This document shows positions 50,460 to 63,509 of a stretch of DNA of 64,000 nt, one piece after another. The translations under genes were made by a program, and so were the position numbers. The notes beneath the pieces are model-generated. The model was not told the DNA's origin. It worked only from the letters and a program-made list of their open reading frames with translations, and ran no database searches. Source of the DNA: Negaprion brevirostris. Lineage: Eukaryota. Numbering within the stretch: the stretch's first letter is position 1; each line of letters begins with the position of its first letter. The DNA lies in assembly GCA_030324005.1 (NCBI GenBank), contig JARDVH010000031.1:10966315-11030314 (forward strand), given 5' to 3'.

Positions 50460-50820
50460 TGATTTTAAACTGAAAATTATCTTGTTTTTGCCTGCCTTAC
50501 TCCTTAAATAATGGTGTTGCATTTAAACTTTCCCCATTCAAATGTATAAGTCCAGAGAGGTTTATGACTAATATAACTGAAATTTCCTCTTCTATTTCTT
50601 TTAACTATCTTAGGGGAGATCATTTGGTCTCAGTAGCTTGTCTATCTTAAGTCCTTATTTTCTCCACTTCCAATTCTAACATGTATTAAATCTATTGAGT
50701 TTCTCCCCAAGATATATTCTTTGAAGCTTGTTTATCACCATTAATTTATCCTCTTCCTCCACAGTGAAAACAGTTACAAAGTTCATATTTAACAAATCCA
50801 CAATTTCCTTATTATCCATT
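50460..50820 (-). mobile_element. Old CR1 ORF2 fragment
   Basis: MDNKEIVDLLNMNFVTVFTVEEE. Confidence 0.7.
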
Positions 50821-50821
50821 A

Positions 50822-52050
50822 AAAGGCAGAATTCTCCCAAGCCCCAGATGGCGTGTTTGATGGCAGGCATGGTGGGTCAATATGGTGGAAGGGCTGGATA
50901 CCAGCTTCATCCTGGTGTGAATTTACAGTGGGATCTTCCACAATGTGAACCTCATTTGCATTCTGTTAATGGATGCAGATGAAGGCCCAACCCCATGTCA
51001 GATTCTCCGCAACACTGGTGAGATAATATGCCAGCAGGAAAACACATTTGTACACAAGTGAGGAGCAATTCTCCCTTTGCGATCCGCAAATTTTCTGTCG
51101 GGTTGGGAGATGTGCGTGTCGGCCATTCCGTGGGATCAGAGAACAGGCTCAATCGGGACCATACTGGAAACTGGCGGGAAGAAAGATAACTGATTTTAAT
51201 ATGTTTCAAATGAATTTTTAATCTATTTTAAATGTCATTTTTGGGCCTGACAGAACTTGCCGGGCCCGATAGCATCTCCCACTCCGCCAGGAGTATTTCA
51301 CTCCAGCCAGGTTTAGAGTAGCTCCCCACATTCGGGAAACCAGCAGGAGACCCCATCGGAGTGTTTCTTGATTTTCAGAAGGCGTTTGATAAGGTGCCTC
51401 ACAAGAGGTTATTACAGAAGGTCAGGGGGCATGGAGTNNNNNNNNNNNNNNNNNNNNNNNNNNNNNNNNNNNNNNNNNNNNNNNNNNNNNNNNNNNNNNN
51501 NNNNNNNNNNNNNNNNNNNNNNGTCCAGGGGGGACGTTGGCTGTGCGGGGTCTAGGGGGCAATCAGTTGGGGTGGGGAGTCCCACCGCCACTCTGCATGG
51601 GGATTGGTTGGGGCTGGAGGGGGCCAACAATGGGGGTGGTCTGCCTCCCATCGGGGGGTGGGGGGGGGTTCTGTCGGGAGGGGGTCCGTGTGGGGTAGGT
51701 TTTTGCTGCTGCTGTGGTGAGCCTAGAGATCGGGGTGATCCAGGACGGGATGGGCCCAGGAATTGTGGGAGCCGCAAATGGGCTATGGAAAAACTGGAAG
51801 GACAGCACACTGGGGGTCCTGGGCTGGCCAGTGATTGAGCTGACAGATCGGGGTATGCGCATGTGCAGAAGCCCAGAACTGTCAGCCTCTGGCATGAATA
51901 GGCCCTGCCCCTTGGGTTTTTAATGAGGTCCACAATTGGGACCTCTGCATTGCACAGAGTGCAGAGATTCAGATCTAAAGTTGCACTGAAAAAATAATCG
52001 TGATCTAGACCAGTTTTCTCGCCACTTCAGCACTTTTAGGAGAATTGCCC
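50822..52050. mobile_element. Non-autonomous Harbinger-like element containing a CR1 RT fragment (51360-51437)
   Basis: TIR-like ggcagaattctccc / ggagaattgcccc; insert FLDFQKAFDKVPHKRLLQKVRGHG. Confidence 0.7.
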
Positions 52051-54251
52051 CTGCGCTGTGCAGATACTGGGACTCATCTGAACGATGCCTAGGACTGCCT
52101 CTGGAGTTCAAGATGGAGGCCAACCACAACCCTGGATGCTGGAACACCACAGCAGTGGGTCCGGGGTGCATCTACAAGTTGAACTTTAGGATTAAGTGTC
52201 CTGGATAGGTCCATCGTCCAGCGTCAGAGTGTTCCTGGTCCATCTTTATTCTCAGGAGGTTCACCTTCTTTCTTCAGTGGTGGGTCAGAGATAATGGATG
52301 CCTTTTCAATATGGCACCCAGACACAATGGTGGATTAAAACCATCCAGATTTGCCCTACCACTGAATACAACATGAAAAACTCAAGCGCATAATTAGTGT
52401 GGTTGGGGTGAGATGTTTTCCTGTGTTGATTTCTACAAGACTGCAATGGGGAACGCTCCTTGTTCCCACTCCTGCCACAGGAGATTGTCTCAGACTGGGA
52501 GAAATCCACCCATATTCCCACTTACATACGTCTTTTATTGCCCCACATTCCCTTTTACCAACCTCTTTCTCTCAGCAAATGGATAAAATCATTTTCCTTA
52601 AGCTTTAATATCCCTTGCAAGGTTGTTGTATTTAACATTTCTTTTTGCACCTCTGATTATTTTCCGTGTGTCCCTGTTTTGCTTTGCACCACCATCCCAG
52701 CCCCTATTTCTCAGCATATTTGTTTGTCTTTTAGCTTTACATTGTTTCTCACCTCATTTATTGGCGTGGATGCCAAAATGCAAAAGTGGAACTTATGTCT
52801 TTTAGGGTTGTTAACTTTTTTAGACTCAAACCAAAAGAAATATCCAAACAAGTTATTAAAAAGGACTTGTTACTTTAACAATACTTGCTATCCTCATGTT
52901 TGCATTTGCAGTCATTGTAAGTTATCACCTTTCCAATGTTTGGATACTATCAACTATGTATCAGGTACAGTGCTAAGAATTATCCGTGAGTAGGATACCT
53001 GGGTTTGCTAGGTGACTTTGTTATTGTGTTAGATGAATGTCCTACATTTTAATTCAAGCGCAGTATTTTTTCAATGAATGAACCACAATCATTTTGACTT
53101 TTATGAACCACTAGACTGATAGGAGGAAATGAGATGTGATGCAATAACTGTTCTCATTCCCTATTCAATAGTTTATTATGCTAATCAATGTTTAACTGGT
53201 AGACAAGGGATTAAACACTACCAAGAGAGAGATTCCTGAGCAGTTACACAGATGGAAAGCTCTGCATTGTTTACATTTTTGTAACCTTACCACACATGTG
53301 GTTCTGTGGTATTTGACTTTGTACAATTGCGGCTTAACTTAACATCAAAATTACAGAAAGTAAACTGTTGTCAGGTACTAATAGCGAAAAGGCTTTCTTT
53401 CAAAAGGCACCAGATGCCATTCAAAATGTGCAGGGCTCAATACAATGTGGCTGAATCAATATGGCCCTCAACACCCAATAAATGCTGAGAAGCTTTTCTG
53501 CCCATCTATATTGATCTGAAGCATTGTTCCAAATTGTTTTAGATCTGTATAAAATCATTTAATCAATGATTACATCTGCTCTCTCAGTTGCTTCTGTGAA
53601 GGGAGCATTTATATCCTGTCAAATCTTAAATGTGAAATGTGTGAGGATGACTGCTATTATCCATCTTTACTGGCAAATAAAGGACATGTACCACCGAATC
53701 TGCCTAGCTGAAAATGCCTCCATACTAGCCTTTCCTACACAGAGCTCATTATTTCACTCAGGCTGAAACTCATGCTTGCATTTTGTAGATTTGTTTTTTT
53801 TGTAATAAATAAATGTTAAATCTCTGCCAGGAAGCTTGCCCTAAACTCCAATCTTCAATTCACATTTCAAAGAAATGCACCCAACAATCTCATTTCTCAG
53901 GTTTTTTATTTAGCACTCATGCCTCCTAGTTCACATTCACAGTGCAAGCTAAATAATCTAATGCATCTCTATTGTTCATTCAGCTCAGCAGTTTAAAATC
54001 TGAATATCGTCTTCTCTTGATCTTTTCAGATGAAGTGAGTTCAGTTCTACTGGCCTCACTTCATAACATCTTGCTTCTCCCCAAGGGGGAGAAATTTTGC
54101 TTCTCTACTGACCAATAACCTCTGCACTGTCACTCTTCTTAGAAAAGCCTTCACTACATTAATATTTGAGTTCAGAATTGCATCAATCCTAACCTGGCCT
54201 TACCAGTACTGTACAAAAAGTTAAAAAGGCTGCCCCAGGTTCAATTAAATA

Positions 54252-54460
54252 GGTGGGATATTCCGTTCCTCCCCCACCGCGTGACTTGTGGCAGCGGAGG
54301 CAGCCCAGTATTGGCCAGTGGCAAGATCTTCAGGTCCTGCTGCTGTCAATGGGTTTTCATGTTCTTATCACCCTTCGCTGCTGGGGAACCTGCATCAGGG
54401 GGTCATCATCAGTGAACAGAAAGATCCCGCCAGTAGAAATGGCCACAAGATGTAGGCCAT
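54252..54460. mobile_element. Short MITE (Harbinger-like termini)
   Basis: ggtgggatattcc left end as at 41313; internal inverted gatctt / aagatc. Confidence 0.5.
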
Positions 54461-54477
54461 AGACTCTGCAATGATGA

Positions 54478-55010
54478 GTCAACCATGACTCAGTCAATAG
54501 CAGGCTTGCTTCTGAATCAGGTTGTTGATTCAACTCTCACTTTGTAATCCCTAGCATGGATTGGCCAGACTAAATTGCCCCCTTGTGTCCAGCGATGTGT
54601 AGGTTAGGTGGATTGGTCATGCTAAATTGCCCCATAATTCCAAAGATGTGCAGGTTAGGTGGATTGACCGTGGTAAATGGATTGGGTTAAATGGATTGAG
54701 TTATAGGAATAGGGCAGGGGGTGGGCCTGGGTAAGATGCTCTCTATTTTCTGCTTTGTCCCAAAGTGCTTTAAGTTGTAATTTTGAAAGAGCAGCAGCCA
54801 GTTGGCTCAGAAATAGCAATGCGATCGTTACTGGATTATCTTCCAGTGATTTTGATCCGGCTGTCAATATTACTGAGACTGGGAAAAGTCCTCTACTCAT
54901 TTCTAAAATGGTGTTGAAAAGGGCAAACAGTGCCTCAGTTTGACACCTTCGTTCTGACAATGCAGCACTCCCTCAGCACCCCACTGGGAGTGTTCGTCCA
55001 GATTTGAGCT
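54478..55010. mobile_element. SINE cluster: DeuSINE head, HE1 body with internal ~53-bp tandem duplication (54555-54745, +), DeuSINE fragment (54875-55010, -)
   Basis: ctaaattgcccc...gatgtg.aggttaggtggattg repeated twice; gcagcactccctcag. Confidence 0.7.
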
Positions 55011-55341
55011 AATCCCTACATTGCAGAAAGAGACCATTCGCCTCATCAGATCTACAGCTCTAAAAGGTTACCACATTATGTTTCATAAAAGGTTCAAAGA
55101 AGTAATCACTGCTTTCACCAGCCTTTTGTTGTCCTTGCATTTGATTCGCCACAACAATGTACATAATGTCAATAAAAATGGTTGCTTTTAGGGAAATAAA
55201 ACTTGCTTAAATACTCAGCTAGATGTTAATAAAAAGNNNNNNNNNNAATCTGGAAATGAATTATATTGCCCATATACTGTTCAAGTAATAGAAAAGTAGA
55301 TTTTATATCTAAGTGTTCTATGTGACTCAGTCACAATAGCA

Positions 55342-55382
55342 TGACCAAACATGCTCACACTGACCAAACATGCTCACACTGA
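55342..55382 (+). repeat. Perfect 19-bp tandem duplication
   Basis: tgaccaaacatgctcacac x2. Confidence 0.95.
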
Positions 55383-56454
55383 TTTTATTGCCTATTGTGC
55401 TATACTTCAATAGAAACAGAAAATAGACGAGAGGCCATTTCAGCAGCTGGGTCTGCTTCTTCAAGTTTGCAGAGTTTTTCCTATTTTGCTTTGCGTGCAT
55501 TTTTAAAAGGCTCTGACTAAATAGTTGCTACAATTGAGCTACTCTCAATAAACTTACAATGTGCAGAAAGTTTTTTTGTGTGTGCAGAAGCAATCATCTA
55601 ATAAACGTTACAGGTCAGTAAAACATGTACAACCTTGACATAGTTTCATTTTAGGCCAGTTTTGCATTTCTTTTGATCAGCTTCAGATGCTCTGTTATTG
55701 GAAAGGTTTCTCACAATATTTCTTACGACTCAGCTACAGGCCACTGAATGGTATTGATATTCTGAGAGTTTGGCAACATAATGAATGAAATGATCTGTGT
55801 TCACATCATTGGACAAACTGCTTGAACTGCCCCTTCTTGCTGCATGGTGTGGCACAAATGGTTAAAAATTGTTAATATTGTCCTCAATGCTAGTATTTCC
55901 TGGTTCAATTCATTATTCTTAGATGAAGCATGGGGAGCACACTCAAGATAGGTGAAGAAATGTGTGCCTAAATGAAATATAAAAAGTTAAGCCATCTCTT
56001 GTTAGAAAGATAAGGGGGCAAAGACGAAAGGGGTAAATTTAAATAAGTGCAGTAGTGTAAGATGGGCAATATAGAATAGGTCACACATTATACAGCTGGT
56101 CCAATTTCCCTCTGACTGATTTTAATAGAGGTGTAAATTTACACCATCAATTAAAATTCAGTTAAGCTGTTAAAGTGTTGTATTTGGATGAAGTGGAATT
56201 AGAAGGACAGAGGATAAATAGACCTGGACACAGAGGCATAATTGACTATAATTTAAAGTCTTGCATCTTGTTACGTACTGAGAATCTGGTGCAAGAATTT
56301 GGAATAGGTTTTTGGATTCAAGCAGAAGGCATGAAATGGAATTTGCACTGCAAGGTTTAATAGCAGGTTTAATAACATGTGTCTAATATTATATTGGTTT
56401 GGGTGGCCACACATGAGTGTTATTTCAACATTTTAATAAGCATGAATAAGGACT

Positions 56455-57200
56455 TTTAAAATTCTTTCATGGGACATGGGCATCACTGGCCAGGCTGGCA
56501 TTTGTCCTGCATCCCTAATTGCCATTGAGAAAGTGATAGTGAACCATCTTCTTGAACATACCAACCAACTCAAGAACAACTGGTGGAGTTTCTGGTGCAG
56601 ATGGAGGAGGAGAAAGTGGGTTCCCGGACACGCGTCCTTTGTTTGAACAGAGGGGANNNNNNNNNNNNNNNNNNNNNNNNNNNNNNNNNNNNNNNNNNNN
56701 NNNNNNNNNNNNNNNNNNNNNNNNNNNNNNNNNNNNNNNNNNNNNNNNNNNNNNNNATTGAATGGCGGGGCAGGCTCGAAGGGCTAGATGGCCTACTCCT
56801 GCTCCTATTTCTTATGTTCTTATGTTCTAACTCCTTCCCTTCTGCCGTCAGACCTTTGACTGGACCTACTATAAATTAAGCTGATCTTTCTCCACATCCT
56901 AGCTGTATCTGTAACACTATTTTCTGCACCCTGTCCTTCTCCCATATGTACTCTATGAATAGTATGTTTTGCCGCTATAGCTTGCTAGAAACAATATTTC
57001 TTCCAGTACCCCGATATATGTGACAATAAATAAAATAAAATCAATTGCTATAGTCCATAAGGTGTAGATGCACCCACCGTGTTGTTAGGAAGGGAGTTCC
57101 ATGATTTTGACCCAACAGAAGTGAAAGAACATTAATAAAATTAGTCATAATACTTGTGGCTTGGAAGGAAACTTGCAAGTAACAGAAGTTCCCATAAGCT
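56455..57200. mobile_element. Nested LINEs: CR1-clade 3' end (-) > Rex1/Babar 3' end (+, about 56558-57045) > young CR1 (+, about 56581-56828)
   Basis: The Rex1 segment is the reverse complement of 62065-62295; aact flanks the CR1 insert; the host CR1 resumes at 57045. Confidence 0.75.
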
Positions 57201-59305
57201 TTCCCCTATTCTCAGCCTGAACTCAGAGGCAGACTTACAATGAAGCATACAGCACTGCAGTACAGGGTCCCAGCCAATGGGGGCACCCATAGTGAGAGGT
57301 GGTTGTGGGTGCACCAGTCAGAGCCTGGTAGCTCTGAACATGCTGATAGGCTCATTCAAAGTTCTTGAGCCTATCGGCAGTCAATGCAGAATAACATCAG
57401 GCTCTAATTGGTGGAGTCCTCATAGAGTGGGAAAACACTGTTCTAGATGTTGACAAGTGGTGGTGAAAAGAGCGGTTTGGACAGATCTCCTGATTGTCTG
57501 GTCTTCAGTTTCTGAACTATTCGTTAGTAAAGCAGCAGTCACATTTCTGATATTCAGGCTCAGCAACCTGAGGTAACATGAAGTTGCCAATCTTACATCG
57601 GGACGCAAGCCTGCAAGACCTTCAACAAGGAGGAGACGCTGGCCAATGGCTGTGGAGAGGAGCAGCGGGGTGACACTTGACCTCCAGGCCAGGGTGAACG
57701 GGCAACCAACCAAAGAAAGAACAGAGGCTAGACCAGGGCAGGTCAGATAAAACAAGCAGCAGACAGACAGCCAGCCAAGGACACACACAGTTGATGAGAA
57801 TCAAGGCCCGGCCACCCAAGCAAGAGATAAGCAGTCAAGAGGTGCAAAGGCCAGGCAGGCATTGGCGTGGTTTTCGGGGAGCAGTCAAGCAACTCGACCA
57901 GAGGCCAGGGCTGAGAGTGGGAGGGCTGGGCGATGACGGCAAGAGTGAGAGCAGAGGCTAGGCCAGATAGCCAGAACCCAGTGAGCCACCAGTACACCTG
58001 TGTGCTTAGATTGTTGAGGGGAGCAGCTACAAGGATGACTCGACTCCCAGGCCAGTGCTGAGGAGGGTCGGGCAGAACATCTTCTCTCCCTGCCCATGTC
58101 AGTTAATATTGTTAATGGGTGTGGGGATTTGTGGGAGGGGAAGATTGGGTCAGGCCAGACCTTGGGTTGGTGAATCGAGCTGGCTCATCCTGGAGGGGGT
58201 CGTCTGGGGTGTGAGAAGTCCCATGGGGTGGAGGGTAAGTCGTTTGAGGAAGAGCGGGGTTGTTGCAGACAGACAGGAGTCCTGTTGAAGGGGCTAGGGC
58301 AGTCTTGTTGTGTCTAGTCAGAGTTGGGAAAGAGTCCCCAGGAGTTTGAGGGGAATCACACTGGTGGGGGGAGGGGGTGTGTCGGTGTGTGTCTGTGTGT
58401 GTTTATACAATAGTTACCCAGAAGCTAGAAATGGTTTTAATTCTTCAACTTTTTCTGGGTAACAATTGATGTAACATTTTGTTTAATAATACTGTGTGAA
58501 GCACTTTAGGATATTTTCTTGCATTAAAGGCACTATAAAATTCAATAGTTAATGTTCTTTTCCAGAAAGAACTGAAAGAATGTTTCTTTCTGTCTCTTTA
58601 TATTTGTCTTGGTGTTTGCATTGCTCATTGCCTGGCAGTCCTGAATGCCCCATTGTATCGGATATTGATGTCACAGACTAAGACGGTGCAAGCCTTTATA
58701 ATGGCTCCTGGACCTGAATACATGGGCCACGACCACATTNNNNNNNNNNAATCTGAAAGGTCCCTGTTCTTTTCCCTTCGCACTAAATGGAGGGATCGAA
58801 GAAACTTCTTTCGCCTAAGATGTTAAACCATAGAAAGGCTTTCACAAATAACAATCAATTCTAAATTGATTGCGGTATTGGGAAACTTACTGGATAATTA
58901 CTTAAAGGAGGATATCAAAGGCCATACTGAAACATAAGTCTGTGAAAAATCATCCTCTGAGAATTACCTAGATTCATGCACCCAAGACTAAATGGTCTAC
59001 AGTTGCATGCTATTAAGAGTGGATGAACCATTTTGTCAGACATCTGAGAGCCATAGGTATCTGCATGTTAATAATTAAAAAGTGGGCTAACACAAGGTGT
59101 CAGCAGCAACGATGGAACTGAGCTCCTTTATCCTCACTTGAAATCTTTCAAAATGAATCGCTGAATGTGAATCATCAGCTAATCACCGTCAAGTGATTTC
59201 ATTGCATCAAAAACAAATCCAAAATGTAAANNNNNNNNNNNNNNNNNNNNNNNNGATAATGCTGGTGAGGGCAAATGCTTAAGCTCAATAATTTCAACCA
59301 ATCAT

Positions 59306-59489
59306 AACAGAAAGTGCTGGAAAATCTCAGCAGGTCTGGCAGCACCTGCGGAGAAAAGCAGAGTTAACATTTCATGTCCAATGGAGCGCAAAGTTCTAAA
59401 GAAGTCATATTGGACTCAAAACATTAACTCTGTTTCTCTCTCTCTACAGATGCTGCCAGACCTGCTGAGTTTTTCCAGCATTTTCTGTT
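59306..59489. repeat. Palindrome of two head-to-head Penelope-type 3'-end repeats
   Basis: aacagaaagtgctggaaaatctcagcaggtctggcagca pairs with tgctgccagacctgctgagtttttccagcattttctgtt. Confidence 0.85.
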
Positions 59490-60299
59490 TTTATTTGAAA
59501 TCCCCAGCACCAACATTCTAGTGCTCTTAATTTCAAAATCATGTCTCCTCATAAGAATTTTGACCAATTGTGTGAAGGATTATGACCCTGCAAAGCTGTA
59601 TCCCACATCAGCAAGACACTGATCTTGAATCTTCTGGAGTAGGGCTTCCTACTGCATGCACCACAAGTTGGATATTTTTCTACGTGACTCCAGTTATTTT
59701 TCAACCACAAATTGCTGGAATTGCATATTGTGCATGATCAACATTTGGGACCAAGACAAGTGACAGGACCCACCATCTAGCTCCTTGAACAATTAAATTG
59801 GAGAACAGAGAGCAAGTCTGAGGAGTGACACTGAAAAAAAGTGGGCTGAATTAGAGCCAGAAAGGGAGTTAAAGAAAGATCGAAGTAGGAGAGCAAAGAA
59901 AAGGAAATGGGAATGAAAGTAAGAAAAATTGTTTAAAAACGCCTTTAAGAGCAATTTACTACCTTTCAGGTTTGAGACTCCACAGTGCAATTATGTGCCT
60001 CGTTGGAAGGTAAAATGCTATACCTCAATATTGAGCATTGTTGGAACAGCATTGAAGACTGTGGCCAGAGTGGAATGGGATGGAGATTTGAAATAGCAAG
60101 TACCCAGAAACACCGGATCTTGCTTGCAAACCAAACAAAGTTGTCCAGCAAAACGATGACCCAATCTTTGCAGCCTCCCCCGACCATTATCACGCCATAA
60201 CCACATTCCCATTTTTTCAGGCAAGAGATGCTGGTAATGGTTCTCCCAAAGCACTCCCAAACCATGACTCTATGGTAAATGAGGTGTGGAATTTCTTTG

Positions 60300-60720
60300 A
60301 AGAGGTAGCCATGTTAACTGTCTAAGTTCATCAAGTGAATGTAATTGGATTTTCAGAAGACTTTTTATAAAACAGAAATGGCATATTTTGGGTTTCTAAA
60401 GGTTAAAGCTTGCGGACCATTGCTGTTTTAGTAAACCGGATTGAAAATGTGTCAAAAGGAAGGAAAACAGTAGATGACAAAATTCTGGCATGAGCAATGG
60501 CAGGTGAGTTTCAATGGAGGTCTGCTCTAAGTTCCCTGTTGTTCCCATTGTTCAGGGATTATGGGAATACTTCACATATTATAGAGTTTACCGATGACAT
60601 TAAGCCAATGGCCAATGGCCAGGTGATAAGGATAAAGAAGCATTCAAAAAGATTGGAGCAAACAGAACTGAGGAAGACAGATGGAGTTTAATGTGGATAA
60701 ATGTAGTGCAATACATGTTA
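60300..60720 (+). mobile_element. Ancient CR1 RT remnant
   Basis: LDFQKTF and EFTDDIK motifs; gtttaatgtggataaatgt. Confidence 0.6.
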
Positions 60721-61494
60721 AAACGTAACATATGAGCATGTATATATGTAGAAGGGGTATTCATTCGTAAAGTATACAGCTAGGTTAATTTTTCACCAAA
60801 TGTTTTGAGTAAATTGGAACCTCTTGTCAACAAAACTAATCAAACAGCAGGATGCAGAATAAAAAAGCTTTTCATGCATGACATAGAATTTACAGCACAA
60901 AAGCACCATTTGATCTAATTAGTTCATACCAGTGTTCACTCTCAATGAGATTCTTCCTATTCTATTCTATATGTTCCCTTCACATCCTACTTTACATATT
61001 CCTATCATTCCTTACTCCCTCATATTCTTATCTCACACCTCTTTGAACACATCCATGATATTCACCTCAACTACCCCATGTGATAGCATGTTCCATAATC
61101 TAAAAACTTCCTGCATGAAGATAATTTTCCTGATTTCCTTATTGGTTTCATTAATGACAATCTTTTGCTTATGAGCCCAAATGGAAACATCTTCTGTACA
61201 TCTATCAAAGAATTCGCTGTATTTTGCTTTTATCTATCCTATGAAATATGTTCAGAATTTTAAAGACCTCAGTCAGGTTATCCCTCAGCTTTTTTACCTC
61301 TAAAGAAAGAACCAGCCTGCTCAGTTTCAGTCATTTTGGACATAGCACCTCAAGCCAACAGAGTTTATTCACGTCTTGTTTACACTGATAACGATGATAT
61401 GGTTGAAATATATACTATGCGGGTAACCTAAAACTGATAAACTAACTAGAATGAGGTTGCAAAATCGAATGGAACCAGATTTCACTTGCATTCA

Positions 61495-61935
61495 GCTCTG
61501 ATGAAGAGTCATCCAGAGACTTAGCTCTGTTCTCTGTCCACAGGTGCTGTCAAACCTGCTGAGATTTTCCAGCATTTTCTGTTTTTGTTTCAGATTTGTT
61601 TCGGGGTGGCACATTGGTTAGCGCTGCTGTCTCACAGCCCCAGTGACCCAGGTTCATTTCCAGTCTTGGGTAATTGTCTGTGTGGAGTTTGCACATTCTG
61701 TCCATGTCTACGAGGGTTTCCTTCAGGTGCTCCAGTTTCCTGCCACAGTCCAAAGATGTGCAGGTTAGGTAGATTGGCCATGGTAAATGTGTGAGATTAT
61801 GGAGATAGGGTGGGGGAAAGGGCTTGGGTAAGATATTCTGTCAGAGAGAGTTGATGCAGATTTGATGGGCCAAATGGCATCTTTCTGCATTGTAGGGATT
61901 CCATCATTCCAGCATCCACAGGAATTTGCTTTTAT
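61495..61935 (+). mobile_element. Penelope-type 3'-end repeat split by an HE1 SINE (61602-61905)
   Basis: ctgatgaagagtcatccag...cctgctgagattttccagcattttctg...cagattt [HE1] tccagcatccacagg. Confidence 0.8.
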
Positions 61936-62064
61936 TCGCTTGCATACTGTTCATTTTCAAAGGTGAGCCAGTTTCTAATAAGTGAGAAGAGGAAGTGGGC
62001 AAATCCTCCAGCCACCCTTCCCTGCATCACTGGGAAATACCAAGTCTATTTCTGATTAACTTTG

Positions 62065-62485
62065 ATTTAATTTGATTTATTGATTTGATTTTATTATTGT
62101 CACAAGTGTTGGGATACAGTGAACAGTATTGTTTCTAACGCACTATTCAGACAAAGCATACCATTCATAGAGTGCAAAGGGAAGAATGAAAGGAGAGGGT
62201 GCAGAATGGTTGTAGAGAAAGATCAACTTAGTATACGATAGGACCATTCAAAAGTCTGATGACAGCAGGGAAGAAGCTGTTCTTGAGTCAGTTAGTACAT
62301 GATCTTTTTCCTAATGGAAGAAGGTGGAAGAGAGTATGTCTGGGGTGGGTAGGGTCCCTGATTGTACTGGCTGTTTTTCCGAGGCTTTGGGAAGTGTAGA
62401 CAGAATCAATGGATGGAAGGCTGGTTTGTATGATGGACTGGGCTTCATTCACGACCTTTTGAAGTTTCTTGCAGTCTTGCCACCT
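62065..62485 (-). mobile_element. Rex1/Babar LINE 3' end
   Basis: QDCKKLQKVVNEAQSIIQTSLPSIDSVY...IRDPTHPRHTLFHLLPLGKR plus (aatca)n-type tail. Confidence 0.85.
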
Positions 62486-63186
62486 GCCCGGAGTGTGAAA
62501 ATTATGTTCATTGATAGTAGAGTCTTGAGTTCTTCCAGTTGCAGAGCATCCCAATTGGAATTTTTGACCCTGTTTTTAACCTAATCCACCCTGTTTAAGC
62601 AGTCAAAATAGTGACCATCAACTTGCTAGTCCATTCCTGCAGAAAACCACTGACCTCCATTTTACTTTGGGACCTGACTCTTGCACACGGACCAAAAATA
62701 TGACTATGACTAAATGTAAGTTTGGACCCCCTGATCCAAATAAGACTAATATGATATGCAATTTTAGCTGGTCAGCTGAGAAGTTCGCCTAAAGCAAATC
62801 TGCTGAGTAAAATGTTATAGGATTATCATGACTAAAAACTGGATTTAAAGGGACAGAATGTTACAGGCAGTCTGACCCTGGTACTCTGGTTGTACAATAC
62901 ACTGTCCTATGAAGAAATTGCGAGGATTTCTTTAAATAACTGAGTGCACTTTGAATTCTATCCATTTGTTCACTGCTTCCCGGTCACGAGCAGGAGATGT
63001 TCCTGTTTCCTGACAGGGTACATTTACCCTAGTGCTATAAAACTCTCGAAGCTCAGACAGTCTGTCACAGATAAATCTCTGTTTCAATACTGTGCAAGTA
63101 GAGCTGGACCTGTTCGAGTACACCCAGTGCAAGCTGCTGCTCGTTGCTGTATGTGCTGCTTTAAATGTTAATGAACAAAAAAGTGA

Positions 63187-63367
63187 TGTTCATACACATG
63201 GGGTTTTGTAGACAACAACAAGTAGGTTTATTAAGAGCTGTTCACTGTAAAACAGCTGAATCTCGCTTAAGGCAAAGCCTGCAAAATACCCGATAACGTT
63301 ACCAAGTGATCACATGAGCGCCTCTTAAAGTGGCCATGCAACAACACAACATCTCAAATATATAACA
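63187..63367 (-). mobile_element. Short LTR-like element
   Basis: TGTT...AACA termini and a minus-strand AATAAA; no TSD. Confidence 0.35.
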
Positions 63368-63509
63368 CTCACAGAAGGCCTTATTCTGCCCAGGTGTATA
63401 GGAGAAGAATTATTTCCTGCACATGATTGAAAAGCACCATATCAGGAGGCTGTACTTCCCAGTTTGTCATTGATTTACACAACTTCTCGCATCAGAGCCT
63501 ATTGCCTAC

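Noticed and set aside
52460-52993. 177-aa ORF
   Set aside because: Non-ATG start, composition typical of T-rich non-coding DNA, no recognisable domain
57439-57996. Possible solo LTR starting TGTT
   Set aside because: Could not find a matching CA end with a TSD
61498-61530. Second hammerhead candidate (CTGATGAAGAGTC...)
   Set aside because: GAAA box is missing, so this copy cannot form the catalytic core
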